A stretch of 64,000 nt of DNA from an uncultured Spirochaetota bacterium. Lineage in GTDB: Bacteria; Spirochaetota; Spirochaetia; SZUA-6; Fen-1364. A program made the translations under genes and the position numbers. Of the stretch, positions 31,281-41,190 are shown in pieces. The notes under the pieces are model-generated. The model saw nothing but the letters and a program-made list of their open reading frames with translations. It did not search any database and was not told where the DNA came from. Within the stretch, counting starts at the first letter, position 1, and each line of letters opens with the position of its first letter. The stretch is taken from assembly GCA_963845535.1 (NCBI GenBank), contig CAWJSK010000015.1, positions 10,013 to 74,012 of the forward strand, read 5' to 3'.

Positions 31281-32327
31281 TCAACCGTCAATGACGAGAG
31301 TGATGAGAAGCGGCAGATGGTCCGAGTAGCCTCGTTCCTTTTTCAGGCGCGTCCACTTCCGCGGCGTCCCGTCCGCACGGAGGAGGAAAGGGAGTCGCAC
31401 CGCGTGGAAACTTCCTTTCTTGTAGCGCAAGCCGCTGGAGCCCAGAAGCCCGGCGGAGAGGAGGATGTGATCCATGGTTTCCCACTCCCCCTGGTAGAAA
31501 TAGGATCCCCGTTCCGCCGGGCTCAGCTCGACCCAGGGTTCGTAAAGGATGACGCGCCCTCGGGGATCCACCGAAGGACCCGTGTTTTCGTCCGCAAGAA
31601 AGAGGCTGGAAACGGAATAGGGCGCGGGGACGGTTTTCGAAGCGGGGATGAGGGCGGTCTGGTAGCCGCCGCCGACCCTTTCGAGCTCATCAGAGTTCTC
31701 ATTCATGTCTCCGGCAACGATGATGCGCGCGGACGGGTCCTGGGCCAGCATTTCCTTGATCCTGCGGACCACGATCCCCGCGGACTCCAGGCGTGAACGC
31801 TCTGTTGCCCGGGCGCCGCCGGCCTTCGATTTCCAGTGGTCGTCAAACACGTGGAGGACGCCGCCCGCGGTCTCTATCTCTGCCTCGATGACGTCACGCA
31901 CCGGGTTCTTCCGCCAGGCGTGCACGGCATTCGAGCGCACGTGGGAAATGGGGAACCGGCTCGCAATGGCGACGTTGGCGGCAAGCTTCTTTTTCGGCAC
32001 GAGGACGGAGAAGTTGTAACCCAGCCCGGAAAGCCCGGAGGTGAGGAGGACGTGGAGGGCATTTTCGTTCTCCACTTCCTGGAGCAGGAGGACGTCAGGA
32101 CCGCCGGGGACCGCCTTCCGTACCACTTCGGCAATGGTTTCCACGCGCATATGGAAGAGGTCCGAGCTCCATACGCCGCGGGCCGGGTCGAACTCCGGAA
32201 ACTCCGAGCCGTCATGGACGTCATCAAACAGGTTCTCCACGTTGTAGCTGAGGACGGTGAGCTCCCGGGCCCCGAGGGGCCACAGCCAGGAGAGCAGAAG
32301 GATGACGGCAAGGAAGAAGCGTCTCAC
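31281..32327 (-). CDS. endonuclease/exonuclease/phosphatase (EEP) family protein, secreted
   Basis: LTVLSYNVENLFD and SDHLP motifs with a signal-like N-terminus. GTG start placed directly after the purC stop. Confidence 0.7.
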   Translation of the reverse strand: MRRFFLAVILLLSWLWPLGARELTVLSYNVENLFDDVHDGSEFPEFDPARGVWSSDLFHMRVETIAEVVRKAVPGGPDVLLLQEVENENALHVLLTSGLSGLGYNFSVLVPKKKLAANVAIASRFPISHVRSNAVHAWRKNPVRDVIEAEIETAGGVLHVFDDHWKSKAGGARATERSRLESAGIVVRRIKEMLAQDPSARIIVAGDMNENSDELERVGGGYQTALIPASKTVPAPYSVSSLFLADENTGPSVDPRGRVILYEPWVELSPAERGSYFYQGEWETMDHILLSAGLLGSSGLRYKKGSFHAVRLPFLLRADGTPRKWTRLKKERGYSDHLPLLITLVIDG

Positions 32328-33280
32328 CTTTCCGCCGCCGAGGTCACGATGGCCGCCTCTTCGCGGGCGCCTGCGGCGCGAGGCGTGAAGCCTTTCCCGG
32401 TGATGGTCTGCCAGGCCGTGACGTACCGCCACGCCACTTCTGTTCGAACTTCGTCAGGAATGTGAGGGCAGGGACCATCCCCCTTCCATCCCCAGGCGAT
32501 CAGCCACTGCCTGAGATACTCCTTGTCCAGCTCACGCTGCGGCTCCCCCGCCTTGAAGAGTCTCTCCCACGTGTCCGCGTACCAATAGCGGCTGGAATCC
32601 GGCGTGTGCACCTCATCCACGAGCATCAGCGTGCTTCCCCGAAGCCCGAACTCGTATTTGGTGTCCACCAGGAGGAGGCCCCTGCGAGCGGCAACCTCTT
32701 TTCCGCGTTTGTAGAGAGCGAGCGCGTCTTCCTCCACTTTTTCCCAGACTTTTGTTTCGACTTTTCCGCTGGCAAGCACTTCCTCACGGGAAACGGGCCT
32801 GTCATGGGTCCCCGTTCCTTCTTTCGTGGACGGCGTTATGAGGGGCACCTCGAACGCCTGGTTGAAGCGCATGCCGGCCGGCAGTCTGATCCCGGAGATA
32901 TCCTTGCCAGCCTGGTAGTCCCGCCAGGCAGAGCCGGTGAGGTATCCACGAACCACCACCTCGAACGGGAGAACCTCTGCCTTCGCGACGCGCACCGTCC
33001 GGGGAGACACTTCCTCCCGCACGTGGTGCGGGACGATGTCCGCGCCCGCGGCGAACCAGAAGAGGGAGAGCGTGTTCAGCACTTCTCCTTTGCACGGAAT
33101 CGTGGTCAGGACGCTGTCAAAGGCGGAAATGCGGTCCGTTGTGGTGATCAGGAGCTCCTGTCCGAGGTCCACGACGTCCCTGACCTTCCCGCGCTGGAGC
33201 CGAGCGCCGCCGGGAAGCCCGCCAAGCTCGAGATGGTCCAGGCAATCCCCGAGGCGGGCGGAAAGGTCCTCTTTTTTCAC
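32324..33280 (-). CDS. purC: phosphoribosylaminoimidazole-succinocarboxamide synthase
   Basis: 318 aa, long-form SAICAR synthetase (GKVRDV..., LLVDTKYEFG). Confidence 0.88.
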   Translation of the reverse strand: MKKEDLSARLGDCLDHLELGGLPGGARLQRGKVRDVVDLGQELLITTTDRISAFDSVLTTIPCKGEVLNTLSLFWFAAGADIVPHHVREEVSPRTVRVAKAEVLPFEVVVRGYLTGSAWRDYQAGKDISGIRLPAGMRFNQAFEVPLITPSTKEGTGTHDRPVSREEVLASGKVETKVWEKVEEDALALYKRGKEVAARRGLLLVDTKYEFGLRGSTLMLVDEVHTPDSSRYWYADTWERLFKAGEPQRELDKEYLRQWLIAWGWKGDGPCPHIPDEVRTEVAWRYVTAWQTITGKGFTPRAAGAREEAAIVTSAAER

Positions 33281-33873
33281 CCCTTGATCTCGTCCCGCTT
33301 GTGGATGACGCGGGAGAGAAGCCCGTAGGAGACGGCTTCCTCCGAGTTCATCCAGTAGTCACGGTCCGTGTCCTTCTCCACCTTCGAGATTGCTTGTCCC
33401 GTTTCATCCGAGATCAGCTTGTTGATCTTTGCGCGCAGCTTTTCGATCTCCTTGGCCTGGATCTCGATCTCTGTTGCCACGCCCCGCGCGCCGCTGGAGG
33501 GCTGGTGGATGAGGTAATGGGAGTTCGGGAGGCCGAGGCGGCGCTCCCGCGGCGCGGCAAGGAGGATGAGCGCCGCCGCGCTTGCCACGAGGCCCATGCC
33601 GATCATGGTTATCTGCGGCTTCACGAACCTCATCATGTCGAAGATGGCGTAGCCGGCGTCCGCGTCTCCGCCCGGGGAATCGATGTAGACCTTGATGGGG
33701 TCCGGGCTCTCTTCCTCCAGGAGGATGAGGGACCTCGTCACCCGTTCCGCAAGCGGCTTGTTGATCTCTCCCGAGACCATGATGGTGCGAGACTTGAGCA
33801 TCCTGGCGAAGAACATCCCTTCGTCGATGCGGGGCGCGCCTTCCGGTTCTTCCGGTTTGTCCTGCATGTTCAT
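33277..33873 (-). CDS. clpP: ATP-dependent Clp protease proteolytic subunit
   Basis: Real start MNMQDKPEE. Motifs VASAAALIL, YLIHQPS, DTDRDYWM. ATGA overlap with the purC start. Confidence 0.9.
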   Translation of the reverse strand: MNMQDKPEEPEGAPRIDEGMFFARMLKSRTIMVSGEINKPLAERVTRSLILLEEESPDPIKVYIDSPGGDADAGYAIFDMMRFVKPQITMIGMGLVASAAALILLAAPRERRLGLPNSHYLIHQPSSGARGVATEIEIQAKEIEKLRAKINKLISDETGQAISKVEKDTDRDYWMNSEEAVSYGLLSRVIHKRDEIKG

Positions 33874-33943
33874 ACTATCGATTACAATAAGAAAATTCCC
33901 GGTGAATGTCACTGGGTGGGCTGAGGGAGAAGTTGAGCAGGTG

Positions 33944-34036
33944 AAAAAAAGGCCGGGACATTTCTGCCCCGGCCACCCGTCAATCTTCCGTCCTCCAATT
34001 GGTACTGGAGGTCGTGGGGCGGAAGACTCCCAAAAA
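33944..34036 (-). ncRNA. candidate small RNA or leader transcript (promoter plus terminator, ~90 nt)
   Basis: Minus-strand TTGACA (34067-72) with TATACT/TACTAT (34043-50). The transcript folds as UCUUCCG...CCUCCA-loop-UGGAGG...CGGAAGA, then GGCCGGG-loop-CCCGGCC plus U7 (33944-33974). No ORF. Confidence 0.45.
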
Positions 34037-34220
34037 CAGCTTATAGTATACATCCGTTTCTTCTCGTGTCAACGAAAAAGCCTGATACGTAAGGAAAAAC
34101 CGCTGTTTTTACGGGAAAAAGTGGTGATCGTCTGTGTAGCTTTCGAAAGCGTCAGTACCGGATCCGGGCTCCCTTGCATGCGGATGGCGTTTCCCGCACA
34201 ATGCCCTCCCGGAGGTGAGC

Positions 34221-35090
34221 ATGAAGGCGCGGCTGGCACTGATCGGCGGAAGCGGATTGTATTCGATGGAGGACATCAGGCCATTGGAAGAGCTTGAGGT
34301 GCCGACTCCCTGGGGGCTGCCCTCAGACAAGGTGACTATCGCCGACGTACACGGGGAGCCCGTTGCCTTTCTCCCCCGCCACGGCAGGGGACACAGGTAC
34401 CTGCCCGCCGAGGTGCCCTCCCGGGCCAACATTTGGGCTCTCAAGTCACTTGGCGTCCAGCAGATCATCTCGGTCAGTGCCGTGGGCTCCCTTACGGAGA
34501 GCTTTGCCCCCGGGGACTTCGTACTCTGTGATGAGCTCGTGGACAAGACTTCCCGCACGCCGGGAAGCTTCTTTGGACAGGGCGTGGTGGGGCATGTCGG
34601 TTTTGCTGACCCTTTCTGCCCCGGGATGCGCGCGGCCATCGCCGGGGTGTTCCGTGGCCATGGCCATGCCCACCACAGCGCGGGCACCTACGTCTGCATG
34701 GAGGGGCCGTCGTTCTCCACGAGGGCCGAATCGAACCTCCACAAGTCCTGGGGGGCGCAGCTCATCGGGATGACGGCGGTTCCCGAGGCCAGGATGGCGC
34801 GCGAGGCGGAGATGTGCTACGCCACCATCGCCATGGTCACCGACTATGATTGCTGGAAAGCGGACCAGGAGAGCGTGAGCGTGGAGATGGTGATCGAAAC
34901 GATGAAGAGGAACACCGCCGCGGTCCAGCGGATGATCCCCGACATCGTTTCCGCCTTGAAGGGCCGGGATGACTGCGGCTGCCGTCACGCGGCCAAAAAC
35001 GCAATCATGACGGATCCTGCCCTGATCCCGTATGACGTGAAGCGGAAGCTCGCGCTTTTCTACGACCGATACTGGGCCCCCCAAGGATGA
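34221..35090 (+). CDS. mtnP: S-methyl-5'-thioadenosine phosphorylase
   Basis: MKARLALIGGSGLY..., PNP/MTAP family. GGAGG lies 5 nt upstream of the ATG. Confidence 0.88.
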   Translation: MKARLALIGGSGLYSMEDIRPLEELEVPTPWGLPSDKVTIADVHGEPVAFLPRHGRGHRYLPAEVPSRANIWALKSLGVQQIISVSAVGSLTESFAPGDFVLCDELVDKTSRTPGSFFGQGVVGHVGFADPFCPGMRAAIAGVFRGHGHAHHSAGTYVCMEGPSFSTRAESNLHKSWGAQLIGMTAVPEARMAREAEMCYATIAMVTDYDCWKADQESVSVEMVIETMKRNTAAVQRMIPDIVSALKGRDDCGCRHAAKNAIMTDPALIPYDVKRKLALFYDRYWAPQG

Positions 35091-35097
35091 GCGCCGA

Positions 35098-35973
35098 GTG
35101 AAGTCCGCGGTGGTGGCCGTGGTCGGGAGACCTTCGGCGGGCAAATCGACTCTCGTGAACGCACTGTGCGGCGCCAAGGTGTCCATCGTCTCCCCTGTCC
35201 CGCAGACCACGCGCAACCGTGTCCGCGGGATTCTCAACGCTGAGGATGCCCAGCTCGTCTTCATCGACACCCCCGGATTCCATCTCTCCACGAAGAAGAT
35301 CAACACGTACATGACGGGCATCGTCTCCTCCACTCTGGGGGAGGTCGACATCATCCTGTACGTCGTTGACGGCAGCAGGGCGAGCGGTGAAGAGGAAAAA
35401 GCCATCTCGGAGGCCGTCCGCGCGGCCCGCAAGCCGACCGTGATCTGCCTCAACAAAAAGGACGTCGCGGGCGAGGTGTGGGCGCAGGTCAGGGAAGGCG
35501 CCTGCGGCTTTCTGCCCGACGCCGCGCCATTCGAAGTCTCCGCCAGCGCGGGGACGGGGCTCGAGGCGCTGCGGGAGAAGCTGATCCAGCTCAGCCCTGA
35601 CGGGGAGCAGATGTACCCTCCGGACTACTACACCGACCAGACACCCGAGTTTCGCATCTCGGAGATCGTACGGGAAAAGGTGACCCTCGGCACCCGTGAG
35701 GAGGTCCCTCATTCGGTCTACGTGCGCATCGAAGACGTGGAAATGCATGATGAAGGGGAAACGCTGTGGGCGCGCGGGTTCATATGCGTGGAGAGGGAGT
35801 CCCAGAAAGGGATCATCGTCGGCCGGGCCGGGGACAAGATCCGCCAGATCGTCCGCGACTCGGAGGCGGAGCTGTCTGAGATCTTCCCCTGGAGGGTCAA
35901 GCTCGACCTGCGCGTGAAGGTTGACCGCGAGTGGCGAAAACGTGATCCACTTCTGAAGAAGATGATCAGGTAG
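35098..35973 (+). CDS. era: GTPase Era
   Basis: GRPSAGKST, DTPG, NKKD and a C-terminal KH domain. GTG start. Confidence 0.92.
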   Translation: MKSAVVAVVGRPSAGKSTLVNALCGAKVSIVSPVPQTTRNRVRGILNAEDAQLVFIDTPGFHLSTKKINTYMTGIVSSTLGEVDIILYVVDGSRASGEEEKAISEAVRAARKPTVICLNKKDVAGEVWAQVREGACGFLPDAAPFEVSASAGTGLEALREKLIQLSPDGEQMYPPDYYTDQTPEFRISEIVREKVTLGTREEVPHSVYVRIEDVEMHDEGETLWARGFICVERESQKGIIVGRAGDKIRQIVRDSEAELSEIFPWRVKLDLRVKVDREWRKRDPLLKKMIR

Positions 35974-36011
35974 AAGGCTTCACGAGGTCAGGGAGCGAGG
36001 GGGGAGAGCGC

Positions 36012-37871
36012 CTATGACCTTTCTCGGACCGCCAGCACGCGAAGCACAATGACCTGCGTCCGGGCCGTCTGGGGGTTGGCAACGCGAACAACGAGGGTGG
36101 GGGAGTTGCCGGCTCGATGACGGCACGCTCAGGACCTTGTCTCCCGCCGAGGTGGACACCGAAAGGGATTGGCCGGTCACGGTGACCTTGAGCTTCAGCT
36201 CGCCGCCGTCCGCCGTCACCGGAATGTCCGCTGCTATCGATGAATCTCCCTGCCACTGAAGCCTGATGGTGGCCGCCCGAGAGGAATCCGGGGAGAGCTC
36301 CACCGTGTACGACACGGGTCCCTTGGCGAGGTTGACTCCCGCAAATACAAGTGCGCTGTCCGGCGCAAGCGTCAGCGCTCCCGGGGTGTTGGCGGCTTTT
36401 CCCTCGGTCGTCATGCCGGCGGGAAGATTCGCCGTTTCGAATCCGTACGCAAGCACCAGGTCTCTCCCGTATTTGCGCTGCGCCGTCCTCAAGTACTGCG
36501 CAGGGTCCGCGGAGGGTCTCCCCTGGTCGTCACGGTAGTAGACCCCGAGCTCATCGATGACCCCGGAAAAGCCGTTCGGTCCGCCAATGACGGTCGTGCC
36601 GTCCTGCCGGAGCATGGGGGAGGTGAAAGACGCCGTGCGCGTCGACATGAGCTCACCGTTCAGGAACCACAGCGCGGTGAGGGTCTGTCCTTGCGGGATG
36701 ACGCTCAGGGACAGGAGGTACCTCTGGCCGGTGAGCAGGCCCACTCCTGACCAGGGGATCGTGATGGACTGGCCCGCGGCCTGAATGACAGCCAGCGGCG
36801 CGTGGGTCGTTGCATCCACGGAAACCGTGAAGGTGAAGTTGCCGTCCGAGGTGGAAGCCACCAGCAGGACGTTCGAAGCGGAGAAGCTGTCGAAGTTGAT
36901 TCCAAAGCTCACGGTGAACGGGTTCAGCGTGCTTCCGTCAACGGGAAGCGCGAACCAGGGGAGGGAGAACCCCCGCGCCGCCCGGCAAGTCGATAGCCGA
37001 AACCGTTCTCCGTGGAGACGATCTCCGGCGAGCCTATGGTGGCGGTGGCAGAAGTCTTTCCCAGTCTCCTGGCGCCGGCGCCGGAATCATCCAGCGTGCC
37101 CTGGAGGCGCAGCAGCGTGAGGTAGGAGTCCGCGGACCCGAGGTCACCGCTTCCGGACGTGTTTCCCGTGGATACGTAGACTTCCGTGGAAAGCGAGAGG
37201 GACGACGAGAAGGAGTAGTCAGCGTCCGGGGCGGGAGCCGCGGGGAACATCTCCAGCGTTATGGTATAGACTCCCTCCTCCGCGGGGACCGTCCAAAGGA
37301 CTTTCCCGAGGCCCTGGCTCAGGGCGCCTTTCTGGATCACTTTTCCCTTGTATGACCAGCGCAACCAGGGGTCCGAGCCATCGGGATACTGCAGGTCCGC
37401 TTTCAGGAGGACCTTCCCTGATGATCCGATCACAGGCGGATAGCTCTTGATGCCGGCGATTTTCCAGCTTCCCGTGGCGACAAAGAAGCTTGCGCTTTTT
37501 TTCTGGGACACCTCGCCGGATGAATAGATCACGAGATCCATCCTGTACTGTCCGGGCGGCAGAGAAGGGGGCTGAATGTAGAGTTGCTCGTTCACCGCGG
37601 GCACGTTCTGGCGGCTGTGCCACACGCTTGCCCCGCCGGGGGCGCTGAGGGTCACCTCCATCTCGAGGTCTTTTGCCTTGGAAGGATCCTGAACCGAGAC
37701 CGTCAACGGGATTCCCTTGCCGTCCGTGAGGACCTGGCCGTCAACAACCGTGGCTGCCTGGAGGTCCGGGACGGTGTTGTTCAGGGACATGAAAAGCGAT
37801 TGATCCCCGCATGAGGTTATCAGTCCCAGGAACATGAGTAGCGCAACTTTTTGGCCAATTTTGGGGATCAT
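36012..37871 (-). pseudogene. surface lipoprotein with LamG/concanavalin-like C-terminal region, interrupted by two frameshifts at 5-nt G/C runs
   Basis: Lipobox LGLITSCG. ORFs 36924..37871 and 35980..36912 join if one base is changed in the run at 36970-36974 (...YRLAGRRGG / FSLPWFALPVDGSTLNPFTVSFGINF). A second shift at run 36099-36103 restores ...TLVVRVANPQTARTQVIVLRVLAVRERS with stop at 36012-14. Confidence 0.6.
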
Positions 37872-37903
37872 CTAGGTCTAATATACCACGAAGGGGTCCC
37901 AAA

Positions 37904-38224
37904 TCAAGGCTTGCCGGCGAGGTGCAAGACTTCGATCTCCACGTCCCCGTAGACGTAGCTCTGGCAGGCCAACCTGATGTCCGGACCCGACGGCTCTCCC
38001 CGGGCCGCAAGCTGAGCCAGCAGCCTGGTCTCCCGGTCCTTGCGCTGGCTGAAGAACTTCTGCCCTGACGTGATCCGGATGATGTCCCGCCCGCACTCGA
38101 CTTTCCCGCCGCAGATGGTCTGGATGGGAAAGCCGTTTCGAAGAAGGATGTTGAGGATGGACGTTGTCAGGTTGCCCTCGAAGACATGGGATGTGCCATG
38201 GATGCTGATTTTGGGGGCTTTCAT
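37904..38224 (-). CDS. ferredoxin-fold (2Fe-2S-like) small protein, cluster ligands incomplete
   Basis: 106 aa with ICGGKVECGRD and LACQ. Only three Cys are present. Confidence 0.45.
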   Translation of the reverse strand: MKAPKISIHGTSHVFEGNLTTSILNILLRNGFPIQTICGGKVECGRDIIRITSGQKFFSQRKDRETRLLAQLAARGEPSGPDIRLACQSYVYGDVEIEVLHLAGKP

Positions 38225-38257
38225 AGCGCCGACTCCTCTGTTTACAGGTCCCTCGAT

Positions 38258-38929
38258 CTAGAGGTCCCTTGACGGGCATAGATCGCGCACAGGGCAGCCT
38301 GCGTGATCTGGCTTTCGGGCGGCGCAGCATTTGCGCCCATGAAAAGTGACGGCGTGGGAAAAGGCCGTCCAATCCTTGCGGGGCAGGAGGCCTGCAATGT
38401 CCTCTTCGATGCGGTCCGGGTCATCGTTCTCCGTCAGCCCGAGGCGCTGGGTCACGCGTCGGAAATGGGTGTCAACCACGATTGCTGGAACGCCGAAGCA
38501 TGTCCCAAGGACCACGTTGGCGGTCTTTCTTCCCACGCCCGGGAGAGTGACAAGGTCTTCCATGCGGTCAGGGAAGCCTTTGGCAAAATCCCTGGCAAGG
38601 GCAGCCGATGCTCCCTTGATGCTTTTCGCCTTGTTATGGAAGAAACCCGTCGAACGAATCAGGATTTCCAGCTCTCCCACGTCCGCCTCCGCCATGGCCG
38701 CGGGAGTTGGGAAGCGCTTGAAAAGCGAAGGGGTCACCTTGTTCACGCGCTCATCCGTGCACTGCGCCGCCAGGATGGTGGCAACGAGAAGCTGAAAGGC
38801 GTCCGCGTGGTCCAGCATGCACCGCGCGTCCGGATACGCCTTGATGAGCGCGCGGGCGATCTTTGCAGCTCGCGCCGCTCGCGTTGCGCGGGCCTCTTCA
38901 GGCGCGCTTGCGGGCCGTGAAGTACGCAT
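38258..38929 (-). CDS. nth: endonuclease III
   Basis: HhH LPGVGRKTANVVL and a C-terminal Cys cluster CCAARKPDHAGCPVRDLC. Confidence 0.9.
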   Translation of the reverse strand: MRTSRPASAPEEARATRAARAAKIARALIKAYPDARCMLDHADAFQLLVATILAAQCTDERVNKVTPSLFKRFPTPAAMAEADVGELEILIRSTGFFHNKAKSIKGASAALARDFAKGFPDRMEDLVTLPGVGRKTANVVLGTCFGVPAIVVDTHFRRVTQRLGLTENDDPDRIEEDIAGLLPRKDWTAFSHAVTFHGRKCCAARKPDHAGCPVRDLCPSRDL

Positions 38930-39022
38930 CCGCTTCCTCCGTGGTCAGGCAATTTCGTTGAGGGCCTGGGCAATGCCGCCGTTATTCATCGCTCTGTGCA
39001 GAATCTATAGTATATTCTCGCC

Positions 39023-39484
39023 ATGATCCACGCCATGTACCAACTCCTGGGTCGGCTCGGTTACAACCACCCAGTACACCCTTTGCTCGTTCACGTCACA
39101 ATCGGGCTCACCGTGGGCGCGTTTGCCTTTGGCCTCGTCTCCGTCATTTTCCGACGGCCGCGGTTGAAGCTCACGGCTTGGCACACCGCCGTGCTTGCCA
39201 CCGTCAGCGTCATCCCCACAGCATTCCTTGGTTACGGGGACTGGCAGGAGAGGATGCATGGTCAGCCAATGACCGTGATCACCATCAAGATCATTCTCGC
39301 CATATCCCTGTTCGTGGTCTTGTTCATTTCCCTGTTCTTCGGCAGGGTGCGCGGCGGGGAGACGGATGACCCGAAGGCGCGAGTCTGGCGTGACGCACGA
39401 TCCATTGTCGCGCTGTGCCTCTACGGCGTGTGCTTCGGCCTGGTCACGGCGCTGGGCTACTTCGGCGGGTCGCTGGTGTATTGA
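39023..39484 (+). CDS. DUF2231-like membrane protein
   Basis: 153 aa with 4 TM helices and the N-terminal HPVHPLLVHVTIGL motif. Confidence 0.6.
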   Translation: MIHAMYQLLGRLGYNHPVHPLLVHVTIGLTVGAFAFGLVSVIFRRPRLKLTAWHTAVLATVSVIPTAFLGYGDWQERMHGQPMTVITIKIILAISLFVVLFISLFFGRVRGGETDDPKARVWRDARSIVALCLYGVCFGLVTALGYFGGSLVY

Positions 39485-39530
39485 CAAGGCCCTGATTCTG
39501 CAATTCAATTCGCATCTCTCATAAATATTC
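39481..39530 (+). promoter_or_regulatory. putative argR promoter with ARG-box-like sites
   Basis: TTGACA (39481-86), 17 nt, TTCAAT. TGCAATTCAATTCGCA (39499-514) and TCATAAATATTC (39519-30) resemble the TGAAT-W4-ATTCA ARG box. Confidence 0.35.
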
Positions 39531-39533
39531 CGC

Positions 39534-40037
39534 GTGAGCAGACTGGACAGATCTATGACGGGTGATTCGCAAGGGAGGGTCAATCTGAAAAGTCAGGAGT
39601 CCCGACGCCGGCTTATCCACAATATCCTGCATGGGGAGAAGATCCACAGCCAGGAGGAGCTCCTCAAGCGTTTGGAAAAGGAAGGCGTCGAAGTGACGCA
39701 AGCCACCCTGTCGCGTGACCTGAAGTTTCTGGGCGTGGCCCGAGTCCCTGACCAGACCGGGGAATACGTTTACACGGTTGATCCGCCGGCGGAGTTCACC
39801 CCTGATCCATTCGTGCGCGACGACATGAGGCGCCAGATCGTCAGCATCGATTTTTCCGCCAACCTCGCTGTCATCAAGACCAAGATGGGACATGCCCCAG
39901 GAATTGCCTTCGGGATCGATCAACTCAAGATCAAGGACGTCATAGGAACGGTCGGCGGGGATGACACACTGCTCGTTGTGCTTCGGGAAGGCACGGACAG
40001 GGCCAAGTTCCTCAAGGAGCTCATGGGAGAAGGGTAA
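39534..40037 (+). CDS. argR: arginine repressor
   Basis: SQEELLKRLEKEGVEVTQATLSRDLKFLG and GTVGGDDTLLVV. The start is GTG 39534 or ATG 39555. Confidence 0.9.
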   Translation: MSRLDRSMTGDSQGRVNLKSQESRRRLIHNILHGEKIHSQEELLKRLEKEGVEVTQATLSRDLKFLGVARVPDQTGEYVYTVDPPAEFTPDPFVRDDMRRQIVSIDFSANLAVIKTKMGHAPGIAFGIDQLKIKDVIGTVGGDDTLLVVLREGTDRAKFLKELMGEG

Positions 40038-40197
40038 GCAGTTCCGGCCCGCCGGAAGCGCGCCGGGAACGATGGCAACGCTCGCGCGTCTTGACCGGTG
40101 CAGGGGAATGACGTACGTTTCCACGGAATACCGTACCACGGGCTCCCGCGGTTTGCTGCGCAAACCGCTGCCGCCCTCCGCGTGGAGTACCACGCTA

Positions 40198-40270
40198 CGG
40201 GATGTAGCCTAGCGGCTAAGGCGCCTGCTTTGGGAGCAGGAGAGCGGTGGTTCGAATCCACTCATCCCGA
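40198..40270 (+). tRNA. tRNA-Pro (anticodon UGG)
   Basis: Hand-folded cloverleaf: acceptor CGGGATG/CATCCCG, D stem GCCT/AGGC, anticodon stem CCTGC/GCAGG, loop TTTGGGA, T arm GGTGG-TTCGAAT-CCACT. No encoded CCA. Confidence 0.9.
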
Positions 40271-40347
40271 AAGAATCTATGGAACCGACTAGGGTTCGTG
40301 CGTAGCACTGGTTTATCGCATCGAAAACGACCGACGGTGGTGAAACC

Positions 40348-40650
40348 ATGCAAAGCGCAAAATCAGGCATGGTTGACAAATCGTTAGGGTGGACATATTC
40401 TTTGTTTGCACCGATATTCAGAACGAAGGCACTGAAGGGGGTAGCTTTGGGCGGCTCGGATTTCCTTTTTATCCGACCATCATTTCTCAACGGCATGGCA
40501 AAGGCTATAGACGTCACGGCAAGCATGGACGACTACAATATTAGTCCAACACCGGAGGAGGCTGACGCTCGAGCTCTTCACGCGGACTGGCAGGAGATCG
40601 GCCGCGACCTTAAAATTGTACTAGAAAAAGTCACCAGGGCTCACGAATGA
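40348..40650 (+). CDS. hypothetical protein (100 aa) in low-GC islet
   Basis: The ORF precedes the DUF2335-like gene by about 50 nt. No motif recognised. Confidence 0.5.
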   Translation: MQSAKSGMVDKSLGWTYSLFAPIFRTKALKGVALGGSDFLFIRPSFLNGMAKAIDVTASMDDYNISPTPEEADARALHADWQEIGRDLKIVLEKVTRAHE

Positions 40651-40702
40651 CAGTCCGGCGGTAATGTCTCACGGCAGTAGGGCCCGGAGAAGAGCCTTAA
40701 GA

Positions 40703-41125
40703 ATGTCCCAAGACCTTCCCAACGGACAAATGCCGCAAGCAAGTCAGATCCGGCAGGTTGCCCAAACCATAATCCGTCAGGAACTCTACCAAGGGCCCAT
40801 GCCTCACCCGGACATTTTGGCGAAGTACGAAACGCTTTGCCCTGGCACGGCAAAGAGGCTCTTCGACCAACTCCAGGAACAGACGCACCACCGGATGAGC
40901 ATGGAGAAAACCGTAATTACGGCAAACGTGCGAAGCTCGCGGTTGGGTCAGTGGATGGGATTCACGATCTGCATGACTGCTCTGGTTGGGGGCGGCGTGA
41001 TGGCTGCATTTGGTATAGACACCGCCGGGCTGATACTTGCGGTGGGCGGCTTGGTTTCCCTTGTGGCAGTCTTCATGGCTGGAAGGCTCACCGGTCAAAA
41101 AGAACTGCGCGCGAAGCGCCAGTAG
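40703..41125 (+). CDS. DUF2335-like membrane protein
   Basis: LYQGPMPHPDILAKYETLCPGTAKRLFDQLQEQTHHRMSMEK followed by two TM helices. Start at MSQDLPNG. Confidence 0.6.
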   Translation: MSQDLPNGQMPQASQIRQVAQTIIRQELYQGPMPHPDILAKYETLCPGTAKRLFDQLQEQTHHRMSMEKTVITANVRSSRLGQWMGFTICMTALVGGGVMAAFGIDTAGLILAVGGLVSLVAVFMAGRLTGQKELRAKRQ

Positions 41126-41190
41126 AAGCGTCCGGCCGGGACGAGCCAACGAATAATCAACCAAATCCACTTATTCCCGAAATCTTTCCC

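Noticed and set aside
33944-34036. Candidate sRNA as SRP (4.5S) RNA or 6S RNA.
   Set aside because: It lacks the SRP domain IV GGAA tetraloop and AGCA symmetric-loop motifs, and it is far too short for 6S.
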